From the NCBI GenBank assembly GCA_965229115.1, contig CBDDIR010000002.1, positions 32,410 to 96,409 of the forward strand: 64,000 bases of DNA, in the 5' to 3' direction. Position 1 is the first letter of the stretch. Every line of letters begins with the position of its first letter. This document shows, in pieces, positions 1-9,508 of this stretch. The position numbers were made by a program, and so were the translations under genes. The notes below the pieces were generated by a model. That model was not told the DNA's origin and made no database searches. It saw only the letters and a list, made by a program, of their open reading frames with translations. The stretch comes from Hyphomonadaceae bacterium (lineage in GTDB: Bacteria; Pseudomonadota; Alphaproteobacteria; Caulobacterales; Hyphomonadaceae).

Positions 1-320
1 TCATTCACCGTAGAGCGGGCATAGGGTCGCCCGGTATGAGGGCTGGGTGCCGACAGCATCCGATTGCGGTAGGCGGCGATGGCTTCTTCGTCCGCGAAGC
101 GCCAGTCCAGCCCGCTCTGTTCCAGGCTGTCGAACCAATCATGCAGGTGCTCGCTATACGTCCGCAGCGTCTCAAGCGCGTGAGAACGGCCGGGGATAGT
201 GGCGAGTTCGAGCAAATAACTGAAGGCCGGTTCGACAATCGACATCTGCGCGTCGAGCAAAATCGGAAATCCGGCCGGAATCCCGTCAACACCAGGCACC
301 GCCCGTACAATCGAAACCAT
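1..320 (-). CDS. Tyrosine-type site-specific integrase, N-terminal part only (gene continues past the left edge)
   Basis: Absent from the ORF track because it is open at position 1. Own minus-strand translation from ATG 318-320 (GGAGAG just upstream): MVSIVRAVPGVDGIPAGFPILLDAQMSIVEPAFSYLLELATIPGRSHALETLRTYSEHLHDWFDSLEQSGLDWRFADEEAIAAYRNRML... This resembles the N-terminal SAM-like domain of rhizobial integrases (from memory). The catalytic domain is not visible. Confidence 0.35.
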   Translation of the reverse strand, partial: MVSIVRAVPGVDGIPAGFPILLDAQMSIVEPAFSYLLELATIPGRSHALETLRTYSEHLHDWFDSLEQSGLDWRFADEEAIAAYRNRMLSAPSPHTGRPYARSTVN

Positions 321-1506
321 CCCGCTCTCCGAAAGCAAGGCACCCGGAGGCGCAAAAGGACATCGACGTCGTCCAAGACCATATGCCTTCGACGAAACGG
401 ACAGATGACAACGCTGAAGAAAGAATAAGCGGAGCGCCTACGGCGCGAGTCTTCCTTTGGACACGAGGGGTTCCCCTCGCGCTCTCCCGTTCGCCACGTG
501 GCAGGGGTGCAGGACAATACCTGCACCCCATGGACAAGCTTGAGGTGTCGCCGCCGCCTCAAGCGTTGTCCTCGCTGCGCTGCGGGAACGCTTGACCCGG
601 ACGTCTGCGTGCCAAGACCTGAAACAACGGCGTTAAAGGACACTTCTGGCGACATGACCTAACGAGTTGTTGCCGTTGGTGGTGAATTCGCCGATGACTG
701 CCATTGTCGTGATCCTTTCCGGTTTGTTCGGGCTGCGCCTGTCGCGGCCTCGATGGCGGTGTAAGGACCGGGGGCGATCTACACTGCACCCTCTGGGCCG
801 AAACGAAGTGGAGGGCGGCCGGGAGCAGCTTTCTTGTATCGCGAGGAATGCGACCCTGTTCGCAGGGGAAGAAAGTTGCGGACGGCCGTTGCGGGATGGC
901 GATCGAGACGAAGTCGTCCTTCGGTCACACCAGATCCATCGAGGTCTGCGCGGGTGCGCCCCGCTTCAATCGAGCAAGGAACACCGATCATGGCCCGGAG
1001 TTCATCGGCGATCCCCGACGGCGACCGCGGTGATGGCACCGCTCTCTCACGATGGCTCCCGTCCGCACGGCTCGCCGTGTCCGTCGATCCCTCACCGACG
1101 CCCCATCCGCATCATGTCCATGACGAATGCGCTGGTCGGCGCCGATCTTATGGCGGCTCTTCCATCGCGCGCGTATCCTCGGACAAGCGGGCAACCCGGG
1201 TTTCACGGCACCTCCCTGGAGGCCGTCGAGAGGAAGGGATGGGAGCGCTTCGAGAGGAACAGGCTTGCGGCGCGCCTTTATCAGCCACACCGGATCCGCC
1301 ATCGCGGCGGGGCTTGTCCTTGCGCCCTGCCGGCTGCGTCCGCCCGATCAGAAGGGGCCTACAAGTGCCGTTCGCCGACGCTGCACCGCGCCCGTAGACG
1401 ACGCTCGGCGAAATGTGCTTCGGCCTGTTCGTCGGGGGTGTCGGCCCGGGAATCTTCCAAGGCCTCCTGCACCTTCGCCCGAAACCAGCCATCATGGCCG
1501 GCCGCG

Positions 1507-1923
1507 TCAGGGTACGGTGTCGACGTCTGTCTGTCTGAACTCATCTGCCGTCGCCAGAATGGGTACGTTATAATATTTGGCGCATGCATAATGCAGGCAG
1601 TCACCGAGATTGAGGCCCCGGCGGCCCGCGCGATAGCGATGCGCGGCGGAAAGAGCGATCCGGGTCGTCGCGTCCGCAGGCGGGAGATCGCGGATTTCGA
1701 TTCCGCGCTCATCGAGGAACTCGATGACGATCGGTTCTACCTCCGCCACGGCGAGGCCGAACTTGTCGGAGCGGGCAAGGCCGAGCACCGCTTCAAGCAC
1801 GGCAACCGGGGATGTGAAGGCGACCTTCGCGGACGCGATCGCATTGGAGACACGCTCCGCTTCCGGCTCGTCGGAGAGGAGCGCTATGATGGCGCAGGCA
1901 TCGACGAACATCAGCTTTCCCAC
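1507..1923 (-). CDS. vapC: Type II toxin VapC (PIN-domain ribonuclease)
   Basis: 138-aa ORF. N-terminal MFVDACAIIALL and C-terminal LNLGDCLHYACAKYYNVPILATADEF are typical PIN/VapC (FitB-like) segments. It overlaps the upstream small ORF by 13 nt. Confidence 0.85.
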   Translation of the reverse strand: MGKLMFVDACAIIALLSDEPEAERVSNAIASAKVAFTSPVAVLEAVLGLARSDKFGLAVAEVEPIVIEFLDERGIEIRDLPPADATTRIALSAAHRYRAGRRGLNLGDCLHYACAKYYNVPILATADEFRQTDVDTVP

Positions 1924-2153
1924 AGTTCGTCGTAGGCTTCGCGCGGAAGCGGCTGTCTCGCAGCGGCATCGAGTTTGACGCCATGTTGTTCGCGGAGCCG
2001 GGCAGCGGTTTGCAGCGGCGTCTCCTCGTGACGGCGGCGTTCGATCGCCTCTTTCATGGCAATCACGATCGCATCAGTAATGCTGACGCCAGCCATATGC
2101 GCGAACTTGCGCGTGAGCGCGTCCGCTTCAGGATTGTTGACGTTGATCGGCAT
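1911..2153 (-). CDS. vapB: Type II antitoxin, VapB/FitA-like
   Basis: 80-aa ORF (MPINVNNPEADALTRKFAHMAGVSITDAIVIAMKEAIERRR...) directly upstream of and overlapping the PIN toxin. This is the canonical antitoxin-toxin order. Confidence 0.7.
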   Translation of the reverse strand: MPINVNNPEADALTRKFAHMAGVSITDAIVIAMKEAIERRRHEETPLQTAARLREQHGVKLDAAARQPLPREAYDELWES

Positions 2154-2298
2154 GGGTCACTCCATGTAGATAAATTCAAGAAATAATGTAGATCGGCTCG
2201 CCCATATCTGCAAGGTTTCTCCAACAGATGAATCGAAGCTCGCACGGCCGGATGAGGAAGGCCGGTCGCCCTCCCCGTCGATGTTCGGAGCGTCACCA

Positions 2299-2595
2299 TC
2301 AGGCAGCCTTCCGCTCCGCATTCGGCTGGAGGTCATGAAGATAGGCGACAGCGCGTTGCGCATGTGCGGCCGCCTGGAAGATTGCCCGGCGGTCACCGTC
2401 GAGCAGCTTCAACCACGAGGCCACATAGCTCGCGTGATCGGGCCGCGGCTCCAGCTCGGGCACGATTCCGAGATCGGCGCAGAGGAAACATGCCCCTATG
2501 TCGGCACAAAGCTCTTCGCGCGCGCGATCCGTGCGATCCTTGTGATAGCGGCTCAAATCCCGATTCAGCCGGTGGCTTGCGCCGACCCAGTGAAC
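2299..2595 (-). pseudogene. ardC: ardC antirestriction gene, 3' fragment (severed by insertion)
   Basis: Minus-strand reading ..HWVGASHRLNRDLSRYHKDRTDRAREELCADIGACFLCADLGIVPELEPRPDHASYVASWLKLLDGDRRAIFQAAAHAQRAVAYLHDLQ matches the C-terminal half of ArdC/DUF1738 zincin-like proteins. It has no N-terminus of its own. The matching 5' half lies at 13069-13695. Confidence 0.8.
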
Positions 2596-2651
2596 GTTAT
2601 GCCGATATCGGCATAACACCCATTATGCCGTAAGTCCGATTATGCCGCATG
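2596..2651. repeat. Left terminal repeat region of the RIT element (22-bp perfect palindrome + 35-bp IR)
   Basis: GTTATGCCGATATCGGCATAAC (2596-2617) is a perfect palindrome. CACCCATTATGCCGTAAGTCCGATTATGCCGCATG (2617-2651) is the reverse complement of 13038-13072 except for 2-3 positions. A further inverted 9-mer CGGCATAAT lies at 2698-2706. Confidence 0.75.
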
Positions 2652-2705
2652 GCCGATTTTCAAGGATGAGACTTCTCCTATCGGCCACGCGACGGTTCGG
2701 CATAA

Positions 2706-3698
2706 TCAGAGTGACTCAAGGAATGCGAGCAGTTCGTCGTTGGGTCGATATCGCCCTGGATGAGTTTTCGGGCTGGTGATCTGAGAAAGGGCTTTTTCCT
2801 TCAAGCGCATGTCGGCGTGGATATAAATCTGGGTCGTCTCCACGGATTCATGCCCAAGCCAAAGTGCGATCACAGATTGATCGACCCCGTGATGCAGTAG
2901 CTCCATCGCCGTGCTGTGGCGCAAGGTATGCGGTGTCACTCGTTTGCTTCCGAGGCTCGGACATGCTCGTGAAGCCTTGAGGCAATGTTTACGCACCAAA
3001 TGTTCCAACGCATCACGACTAAGCCGTTCTCCCCGGATTGAGGGGAATACGGGACTGTCACTGTCATGTCGTTTCCCAATCCATGCCTGGATCAGCTTTG
3101 CCGTGTCGCGACGAAGGGGCGTGCTGCGTTCTTTTCGGCCCTTGCCGACACAACGGATGTGGGCGCCAGCGCCGAAGACTATGTCCCTGCAGCGCAAACT
3201 GATGAGTTCGGAAGCGCGCAGCCCGGTCTGAAGCGCAAGTAAGAGCAGGGCATGATCGCGACGCCCCACCCATGTCGTTCGATCTGGTGCCGCCAGAAGC
3301 GCCGCTATCTCCTCTGCGTCGAGGAACGTCACGCTTCGCTTGACGTATCGCTTGCTCGGCATCGAGAGAATACGCTGACAATGGAGAAGCCAGGTCGGAT
3401 CGGCCATTGCGACGTATCGGAAGAATGAGCGGATCGCGGCGAGACGGGTATTGCGCGTTCTTGCCGTGTTACCGCGCGCCGACTCGACGTGGGTCAGGAA
3501 GTCGGCGACAAGATCGGCATCAATATCGTCGATCGTCAGCTTCGTGGGCGGTTTTCCATGCCTTGAGCCAGCGTAACGGACCAGCAGGCGGAAGGTGTCG
3601 CGATAGCCGGCGATGGTGTGTGGGCTTGCCTCCATTTGTGTGCAGAGCCGGTCGGTGAAGAAGTATTGGATGAGCGCGGGGAAGTTTGTCGCTTTCAT
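2706..3698 (-). CDS. Tyrosine recombinase, third gene of the trio
   Basis: The likely start is the internal MKATNFPALIQYFF (ATG 3696-3698), which makes an ATGA overlap with the upstream stop. The catalytic region HTLRHSTAMELLHHGVDQSVIALWLGHESVETTQIYIH shows the R..HxxR..Y signature. Confidence 0.85.
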   Translation of the reverse strand: MKATNFPALIQYFFTDRLCTQMEASPHTIAGYRDTFRLLVRYAGSRHGKPPTKLTIDDIDADLVADFLTHVESARGNTARTRNTRLAAIRSFFRYVAMADPTWLLHCQRILSMPSKRYVKRSVTFLDAEEIAALLAAPDRTTWVGRRDHALLLLALQTGLRASELISLRCRDIVFGAGAHIRCVGKGRKERSTPLRRDTAKLIQAWIGKRHDSDSPVFPSIRGERLSRDALEHLVRKHCLKASRACPSLGSKRVTPHTLRHSTAMELLHHGVDQSVIALWLGHESVETTQIYIHADMRLKEKALSQITSPKTHPGRYRPNDELLAFLESL

Positions 3699-4633
3699 TG
3701 CTCTTTCTCCGCCGAACTCATGATCCGGGCGGAAGCCAATTCCAGCAATTCTGGCACGGCTTCCAGATACCAATAGGTATTGGCGGGGCTTGCGTGACCA
3801 AGCCATGTGGTGAGCTTGATCATTTCGCGCCCGACGTCCTGGCCGGAACGATACCAGTTCAGCATCGTGCGAACCGCAAAGGTATGGCGAAGGTCATGGA
3901 TGCGCGGCCCGCGTCCATGACGCTTTTGGCTTTGTCTCTGCCTCAAACCGATCTGCTGGCAGACCAGCGCGAAGTTATAGCGTGCGCCACAGTCGCCGAG
4001 GCGATGGCCCTCGCACGTGACGAACATCGCTTCTGACCTGCGACCCAACAACCTGTCCCGCTCACGGCCGTAGCGTTCGAGCTGCTGAACGACCGTTCGA
4101 TCCAGCGGCAACAATCGTTCCTTGCCAAGTTTGCCGAAGCGAACACGAAGAACGCCGGTCTCGATATCAAGATCTGCCTGGTCGAGACGCAGGGCCTCGT
4201 TAATCCGAAGCCCTGTCACGGCAATCAGGCCGAAGAGCGTCGAGCAGGTCAACCCGCGCATGCCGTAAACCGAGGGCAACGTTTTGGTACGCTCGACAAT
4301 CGCGAAGATTTCGGCGTCGCTGTAGATGTGTGGATGCACCCGCTGGACATGTGCGGGCACCAAGCCTTGGGGCGGAACCTCGTGTCGCGAATCCATCCCG
4401 TGCAACCAGAGGGCAAATTGACGGGCCACCCGGAAGCGAGCGCCCCGTGTTCCGGCACTGGCGGCGGGAAGGCTCTCCAGCCAGCGCATGATCAATCTGG
4501 TGTCGACATATTCCGCGCCGTCCTTGTCGGCAAAGGTGGTGAAGCGACGCAAGATGCGTTCTTCCGTGCTCAAATCGGCGCCCAGCCGTCGTCTGATGCT
4601 GAGGTAGCGCTGCTGTTCATCGAGAAGGCTCAT
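3695..4633 (-). CDS. Tyrosine recombinase, second gene of the trio
   Basis: The likely start is MSLLDEQQRYL (ATG 4631-4633), overlapping the upstream stop as ATGA. Catalytic motifs are HDLRHTFAVRTML and LTTWLGHASPANTYWYLE. Confidence 0.85.
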   Translation of the reverse strand: MSLLDEQQRYLSIRRRLGADLSTEERILRRFTTFADKDGAEYVDTRLIMRWLESLPAASAGTRGARFRVARQFALWLHGMDSRHEVPPQGLVPAHVQRVHPHIYSDAEIFAIVERTKTLPSVYGMRGLTCSTLFGLIAVTGLRINEALRLDQADLDIETGVLRVRFGKLGKERLLPLDRTVVQQLERYGRERDRLLGRRSEAMFVTCEGHRLGDCGARYNFALVCQQIGLRQRQSQKRHGRGPRIHDLRHTFAVRTMLNWYRSGQDVGREMIKLTTWLGHASPANTYWYLEAVPELLELASARIMSSAEKEQ

Positions 4634-5880
4634 CGTGCAGCCTCCGCAATCGGCCACGGCTGTGCAATGGAGCGCAAACCGTCCGTGTCGAGCTTTGCAT
4701 AAATCATGGTCGTCGCGCGTGATCTGTGCCGCAACAGATCGCCGATCTCATCCAACGATGCCCCGGAGCGAACCAGGTTTGTCGCAAGACTATGACGCAG
4801 GACGTGCGTTCCTACATAGGGCGTCGGTGGCTTCACTCCGGTCGCCGCAAAAGCTTCCCGCAGGATCGAGTTGATGATCTGGCTGTCCTTAAACGGACGG
4901 TTGGGCGCTCGGTGACTGACGAACAGAGTCCGCGTTGTCGTTGAAGTCCGTTCCTCGCGCAAATACGTGCTGATCGCCTCTCCCACGTCTGGCGGGATTG
5001 GCAGCCGATCATGGCGTTGTCCTTTCCCGCGAACCAGAATCTGCCCGGTTCGCCAGTCGATGTCATCAAGCTGAACTGCCATAACCTCGGGTGCTCGCAT
5101 GCCCAGCCTCGCCATCAAGAGCAACATTGCATGGTCGCGGGCGCCCCGCCGCGGATTGGTCGCGACCGATGCCAGAACGGCCTCCACTTCATCGGGCGAC
5201 AGATAGCGCGGAAGTCTCGAGCCCCACGGCTTGTGTACCCTCGGTACGCAGAGTGCGAGGTTTGAGGTGGTGAGTCCTTGGGCGAACAAATACTGGAAGA
5301 AGCAACGCAGATGCGTGGATAGCGTCTTGTCGCGGTAAGGTGTCTTGCGCGCGATAACATGCTCCATGAACGCAACGACGTCGCGGGAGACCAGTGCGCC
5401 GAGATCGAGATCACCATCTCCGAAGCGATGAGCCAAGAAGCGCGTTGCGAACCCCAAAACATGTTTCACGGATCGTGGGCTGAGCCCGCGTTGTCGCAAT
5501 AGATAGATCTCGAGGTTGCCGAGAAGCTCGTGGCGTTCGGCCTCTGCCGCAGTGAGCGGTGGTCGCTCCGCCACGCCGATTTCGATCAGGTACTGGAAGA
5601 ATCGCCTCGCAAGATTGGGAAGCTTGATCTGGGCTTTCGGCGCCATTGGCAATCGCAGTCCCAATTCGAAAGCAAGTTCCGCGGTCAGATCCGACGGTGC
5701 GATGCCCTCGATCTCCATCAACCTGCCAAGACGCCTCAGGTTGTGGCGATAATTTTCCAGTGTTGCCGGCTTGTAGTTCTTGGCGGAGAGACTTTCTTCG
5801 AATGAGCCAATATAGCAATCGAGGCAATTGATCGTTTTGTTTAATGGTTCCATTTGGCGCTCCTCTTGTTGGAGCCACAA
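4630..5880 (-). CDS. Tyrosine recombinase, first and largest gene of the trio
   Basis: 416-aa ORF with an N-terminal SAM-like/core-binding region. The C-terminal HVLRHSLATNLVRSGASLDEIGDLLRHRSRATTMIYAK carries the integrase catalytic signature. Confidence 0.85.
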   Translation of the reverse strand: MWLQQEERQMEPLNKTINCLDCYIGSFEESLSAKNYKPATLENYRHNLRRLGRLMEIEGIAPSDLTAELAFELGLRLPMAPKAQIKLPNLARRFFQYLIEIGVAERPPLTAAEAERHELLGNLEIYLLRQRGLSPRSVKHVLGFATRFLAHRFGDGDLDLGALVSRDVVAFMEHVIARKTPYRDKTLSTHLRCFFQYLFAQGLTTSNLALCVPRVHKPWGSRLPRYLSPDEVEAVLASVATNPRRGARDHAMLLLMARLGMRAPEVMAVQLDDIDWRTGQILVRGKGQRHDRLPIPPDVGEAISTYLREERTSTTTRTLFVSHRAPNRPFKDSQIINSILREAFAATGVKPPTPYVGTHVLRHSLATNLVRSGASLDEIGDLLRHRSRATTMIYAKLDTDGLRSIAQPWPIAEAAR

Positions 5881-5947
5881 ATTTCACCTCAAAACTGCTG
5901 TAATGTAATAGGCCCGCGATAGCGATCCGATAGCCGCGGTCGCGGTA

Positions 5948-5981
5948 TTGACAACCATATTATATCCATTACTCTGGATAT
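5948..5981 (+). promoter_or_regulatory. Candidate arsR promoter with ArsR-type operator dyad
   Basis: TTGACA lies at 5948-5953. The dyad ATATCCA-ttactc-TGGATAT at 5962-5981 abuts the arsR ATG (5982). The short distance suggests a very short or absent leader (inference). Confidence 0.35.
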
Positions 5982-6335
5982 ATGGAAAGCAGCAGCGCGA
6001 TATCGGCCCTCGCGGCCTTGGCACAGAACACCCGACTTGAGACGTTTCGGCTGCTCGTACGGCACGAACCGGATGGCGTTCCTGCAGGGGAACTCGCGCG
6101 ACTAATCGACGTGCCGCAAAATACGATGTCAGCGCACCTGGCTACATTGTTACGCGCCGGGCTTGTGAAGAGTGAGCGACAGAGCCGCTCGATAATCTAC
6201 CGGGCTGACCTTGATGGCCTGCGCGATCTTACCTTGTTTCTGCTTAAGGACTGCTGTGGCGGCTCGACGGAACTCTGCGCCCCGCTCATCGCTCAGCTGA
6301 CTCCCTGTTGCGCTCCGGAGGCGAAGCCGTGCTGA
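5982..6335 (+). CDS. arsR: ArsR/SmtB-family arsenic-responsive repressor (C-terminal Cys type)
   Basis: 117 aa with the wHTH segment LAQNTRLETFRLLV...GELARLIDVPQNTMSAHLATLLRAGLV. It has no ELCVCDL motif. Cys pairs lie in the C-terminal tail (LLKDCCGG...PCCAP), as in AfArsR-type sensors. Confidence 0.85.
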   Translation: MESSSAISALAALAQNTRLETFRLLVRHEPDGVPAGELARLIDVPQNTMSAHLATLLRAGLVKSERQSRSIIYRADLDGLRDLTLFLLKDCCGGSTELCAPLIAQLTPCCAPEAKPC

Positions 6336-6772
6336 GCGGGATCCAACTGAGCGAGATAGCTGGCAGCGATCTGGATCTCCGCGCTACCCTCGTCGAAGCG
6401 GCGTTGCCAACAGACGATATCGAGGATGAAGGACGCACCTTCTTCAGGGCCAGTTCCAATGAAGGCGAGATTTACGGTTTTTCCGGAATTGAGCGCTGTG
6501 CCAGTGACGCTCTTCTGAGGTCGATAGTTGTGCTCCCCTCACATCGCGGCCGAGGCATCGGTCTCGATATCGTTGTGGCGACACTAGGCCGTGCCGGTCT
6601 TGGCAGCGACGTCTATCTCGCGACGACGACTGCGACCGCATTCTTTTCACGCATCGGGTTTGTTGAAGTCGCTCGCGACAGCGTGCCGTCAGCCGTGCTG
6701 GCCACCCGACAGCTTTCCTCAATCTGCCCATCCTCTGCGACGATCATGAAGCTGATCAAGCCGCCGAGCTAA
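6329..6772 (+). CDS. arsN: GNAT N-acetyltransferase, ArsN2-like
   Basis: The segment ALLRSIVVLPSHRGRGIGLDIVVATL...YLATTTATAFFSRIGFVEV is a GNAT acetyl-CoA motif in an ars operon context. The start is uncertain: GTG 6329 is chosen, and the ORF track gives TTG 6308. Confidence 0.7.
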   Translation: MLSGIQLSEIAGSDLDLRATLVEAALPTDDIEDEGRTFFRASSNEGEIYGFSGIERCASDALLRSIVVLPSHRGRGIGLDIVVATLGRAGLGSDVYLATTTATAFFSRIGFVEVARDSVPSAVLATRQLSSICPSSATIMKLIKPPS

Positions 6773-6787
6773 CCACGGACCAGAACC

Positions 6788-7315
6788 ATGACTGACAAGA
6801 CCTACAACGTGCTGTTCCTCTGCACGGGCAATTCCGCTCGCTCTATTCTCGCAGAATCCATCCTTAACAAAGAGGGCGACGGCCGCTTCAGGGCATACTC
6901 CGCTGGTAGCCAGCCAAAGGGTGAGGTCAACCCCCTTGCACTGAAGGAACTAGAGACGCTTGGCTATCCATCGACCGGTCTTTCATCGAAGAGCTGGGAC
7001 GTGTTTGCCGCACCTGGTGCACCGGAGATGGATTTCATCTTTACGGTTTGCGACAGCGCGGCCGGCGAGGCCTGCCCCGTGTGGATCGGCCATCCGATGA
7101 CCGCCCACTGGGGCGTCGAAGATCCAGCCGTGGTCTCCGGCCTCGACATCGACAAGCAACGTGCCTTCGCGCAGGCAGCCCGCTTTCTCAAAAACCGGAT
7201 CCTCGCATTTGTAAACCTGCCGCTCGTCTCCATCGATCGACTGGCGCTGGAGACCAAACTCCGCCAGATCGGCGCGATGGAAGGTTCGACCTCGCCGCAG
7301 GGGAAGTCCGCCTGA
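6788..7315 (+). CDS. arsC: Arsenate reductase, LMW-PTPase (thioredoxin-coupled) type
   Basis: 175 aa with the P-loop LFLCTGNSARSILAE, plus SAGSQP and TVCDSAAGEACP, typical of the LMWP ArsC class. Confidence 0.85.
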   Translation: MTDKTYNVLFLCTGNSARSILAESILNKEGDGRFRAYSAGSQPKGEVNPLALKELETLGYPSTGLSSKSWDVFAAPGAPEMDFIFTVCDSAAGEACPVWIGHPMTAHWGVEDPAVVSGLDIDKQRAFAQAARFLKNRILAFVNLPLVSIDRLALETKLRQIGAMEGSTSPQGKSA

Positions 7316-8373
7316 TGTCAACATTTGAACGATACCTGACTGTCTGGGTCTTCTTTTGCATCGCCGTTGGCGTTGCTCTCGGCCACCTGATGCCCGGCGT
7401 CTTCCAGGTCATCGGTAGCGCCGAGATCGCCAAGGTCAACATCCCCGTTGCGATCCTGATTTGGTTGATGATCATTCCGATGCTGCTGAAGATTGATTTC
7501 CGATCGCTGGCACAGGTCGGGTCGTACTGGCGCGGGATCGGTGTCACCCTGATCATTAACTGGGCGATCAAACCGTTTTCGATGGCTCTCCTGGGATGGC
7601 TGTTCGTTGGCTGGCTATTTAGGCCCTATCTGCCGGCAGACCAGATCGACGCTTATATCGCGGGCCTGATCATCCTTGCCGCGGCGCCCTGCACGGCCAT
7701 GGTCTTCGTCTGGTCGAACCTGACACGTGGCGAGCCGCTGTTCACCCTCTCGCAGGTTGCCTTGAACGACGCGATTATGGTCGTGGCGTTCGCCCCGATC
7801 GTCGGCTTGCTGCTCGGCCTGTCAGCCATCACTGTGCCTTGGGCGACGCTTGCCTTGTCGGTTGCACTCTATATCGTCGTGCCTGTCATCATCGCCCAGG
7901 TGCTGCGAAGCCGCCTGACCGCTGATGGAACCACCCGCGCGCTCGATAGCTTGCTCGCCAGGCTTCAGCCGATGTCGCTTGGCGCATTGCTCGCCACGCT
8001 CGTGCTTCTCTTCGCCTTCCAGGGCGAGCAGATCATCGCCCAACCGGCCGTCATCGCATTGCTGGCCGTGCCGATCCTGATCCAAGTCTATCTGAACTCC
8101 GGTCTTGCCTACCTTCTGAACCGCATGGCAGGCGAGCGCCATTGCGTCGCGGGGCCATCGGCCCTCATCGGCGCCAGCAACTTCTTTGAGCTCGCGGTTG
8201 CCGCCGCCATCAGCCTTTTCGGATTTCAGTCGGGCGCGGCGCTCGCCACCGTCGTCGGCGTCCTGATCGAGGTGCCCGTCATGCTGTCGGTCGTCTGGAT
8301 CGTGAACCGCTCGAAGGGTTGGTACGAGGCATCGCCCGCCGTCGCCCACAACGCTATCACCGAAAGACCCTGA
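7315..8373 (+). CDS. acr3: ACR3-family arsenite efflux permease
   Basis: The true start is MSTFERYLTVWVFFCIAVGVALG (ATG 7315, overlapping the arsC stop as TGATG). It is a multi-span hydrophobic protein typical of Acr3. The 441-aa track ORF carries a spurious Arg-rich N-terminal extension. Confidence 0.9.
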   Translation: MSTFERYLTVWVFFCIAVGVALGHLMPGVFQVIGSAEIAKVNIPVAILIWLMIIPMLLKIDFRSLAQVGSYWRGIGVTLIINWAIKPFSMALLGWLFVGWLFRPYLPADQIDAYIAGLIILAAAPCTAMVFVWSNLTRGEPLFTLSQVALNDAIMVVAFAPIVGLLLGLSAITVPWATLALSVALYIVVPVIIAQVLRSRLTADGTTRALDSLLARLQPMSLGALLATLVLLFAFQGEQIIAQPAVIALLAVPILIQVYLNSGLAYLLNRMAGERHCVAGPSALIGASNFFELAVAAAISLFGFQSGAALATVVGVLIEVPVMLSVVWIVNRSKGWYEASPAVAHNAITERP

Positions 8374-8375
8374 CT

Positions 8376-8801
8376 ATGGACGCTACCATCTACCACAATC
8401 CGGCCTGCGGCACGTCTCGCAACACTCTGGCCCTGATCCGTGCGGCCGGGATCGAACCCACCATCATCGAATACGTGCAGAACCCGCCATCGCGCGAGCA
8501 ACTCTCTACGATAATCGCAGATGCCGGTCTGACGGTCCGCGAAGCGATCCGTGAGAAGGGCACGCCCTATGCGGAACTCGGCCTCGACAATCCGGAGCTG
8601 ACCGATGACCAGTTGCTGGACGCGATGATAGCCACCCCGATCCTGATCAACCGACCACTCGTCGTTACGCCGCTCGGCACCAGGCTGGCCCGCCCTTCGG
8701 AGGTCGTGCTCGACATCCTGCCAGCAGACGCCTTCAAAGGACCGTTCACCAAGGAAGACGGCGAGCAGGTCCTCGACCAGGAAGGAAAGCGCATTGTCTG
8801 A
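8376..8801 (+). CDS. arsC: Arsenate reductase, glutaredoxin-coupled (ArsC/Spx fold) type
   Basis: The start is [22 protein letters not shown] (catalytic Cys in HNPxCGTSRN). The protein is 141 aa. Confidence 0.85.
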   Translation: MDATIYHNPACGTSRNTLALIRAAGIEPTIIEYVQNPPSREQLSTIIADAGLTVREAIREKGTPYAELGLDNPELTDDQLLDAMIATPILINRPLVVTPLGTRLARPSEVVLDILPADAFKGPFTKEDGEQVLDQEGKRIV

Positions 8802-9504
8802 GACATTTCCCGCACTGCACGACGACCATCTTCAGCCGATTGCGCCAGAATCCCTTCGCCCGGCGTTCTCCACCCACAAGCCACGGATCCTGATCCTCTA
8901 TGGATCGCTCCGGGAAGTGTCGTATAGCCGTCTGCTTGCCTTCGAAGTCCGTCGGCTGCTCGAACGCCTCGGATGCGAGGTGCGGATATTCGATCCTGCG
9001 GGATTGCCGCTCCCGGACGAGGCACCCGTCAGCCATCCCAAGGTGCAGGAACTCCGCGACCTGTCGCAATGGTCGGAGGGCCAGGTCTGGATCAGCCCGG
9101 AGCGCCACGGCGCGATGACAGGAATCATGAAGGCTCAGATCGACTGGATCCCGCTGTCGCTCGGCTCCGTCCGCCCCACCCAGGGCAAGACGCTGGCGGT
9201 GATGGAAGTCTCCGGCGGCAGTCAGTCCTTCAACGCTGTGAACCAGTTGCGCATCCTCGGCCGCTGGATGAGGATGATCACCATCCCCAACCAGAGCAGC
9301 GTCGCGAAGGCGTTTCAGGAATTCGACACCGATGGCCGGATGAAGCCGTCATCCTACTATGACCGCGTCGTCGATGTCTGCGAGGAACTGGTGAAGTTCA
9401 CCATCATGACCCGCGATGCTTCTTCCTACCTCACCGACCGATATAGCGAGCGGAAGGAGGAGGCGGCCGAGCTGGAGAAACGGGTCTCGCTGAAGTCGAT
9501 CTGA
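8794..9504 (+). CDS. arsH: ArsH, NADPH-dependent FMN reductase
   Basis: 236 aa. [18 protein letters not shown] and [21 protein letters not shown] are characteristic ArsH segments. TTG start. Confidence 0.9.
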   Translation: MSETFPALHDDHLQPIAPESLRPAFSTHKPRILILYGSLREVSYSRLLAFEVRRLLERLGCEVRIFDPAGLPLPDEAPVSHPKVQELRDLSQWSEGQVWISPERHGAMTGIMKAQIDWIPLSLGSVRPTQGKTLAVMEVSGGSQSFNAVNQLRILGRWMRMITIPNQSSVAKAFQEFDTDGRMKPSSYYDRVVDVCEELVKFTIMTRDASSYLTDRYSERKEEAAELEKRVSLKSI

Positions 9505-9508
9505 CGGA

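Noticed and set aside
848-1300. Possible degenerate IS3-family transposase remnant (..NTDHGPEFIG.., ..GSP.., ..WERFERNR..)
   Set aside because: It consists only of short, scattered resemblances to the DNGPEFI / SPWQNG / WRxDYN motifs spread over several frames. That is too weak to call without a translated database search.
1359-1544. Antitoxin-like fragment (..GHDGWFRAKVQEALEDSRADTPDEQAEAHFAERR..) on the minus strand just downstream of vapC
   Set aside because: It is a plausible relic of a ParD/RelB-type antitoxin C-terminus. It has no credible start or RBS, overlaps the vapC 3' end, and has no partner toxin.
667-1935. 422-aa plus-strand ORF, and other long ORFs in 1-1500 (for example 5-655 and 834-1397)
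   Set aside because: They are Arg/Pro/Ser-rich low-complexity translations typical of off-frame reading of GC-rich DNA. This ORF overlaps vapC antisense, and no motif was recognised.
7048-7314. N-terminal 89-aa extension of the acr3 ORF in the track
   Set aside because: It lies inside arsC in another frame and is Arg-rich nonsense. The real Acr3 N-terminus (MSTFERYLTVW) starts at 7315.
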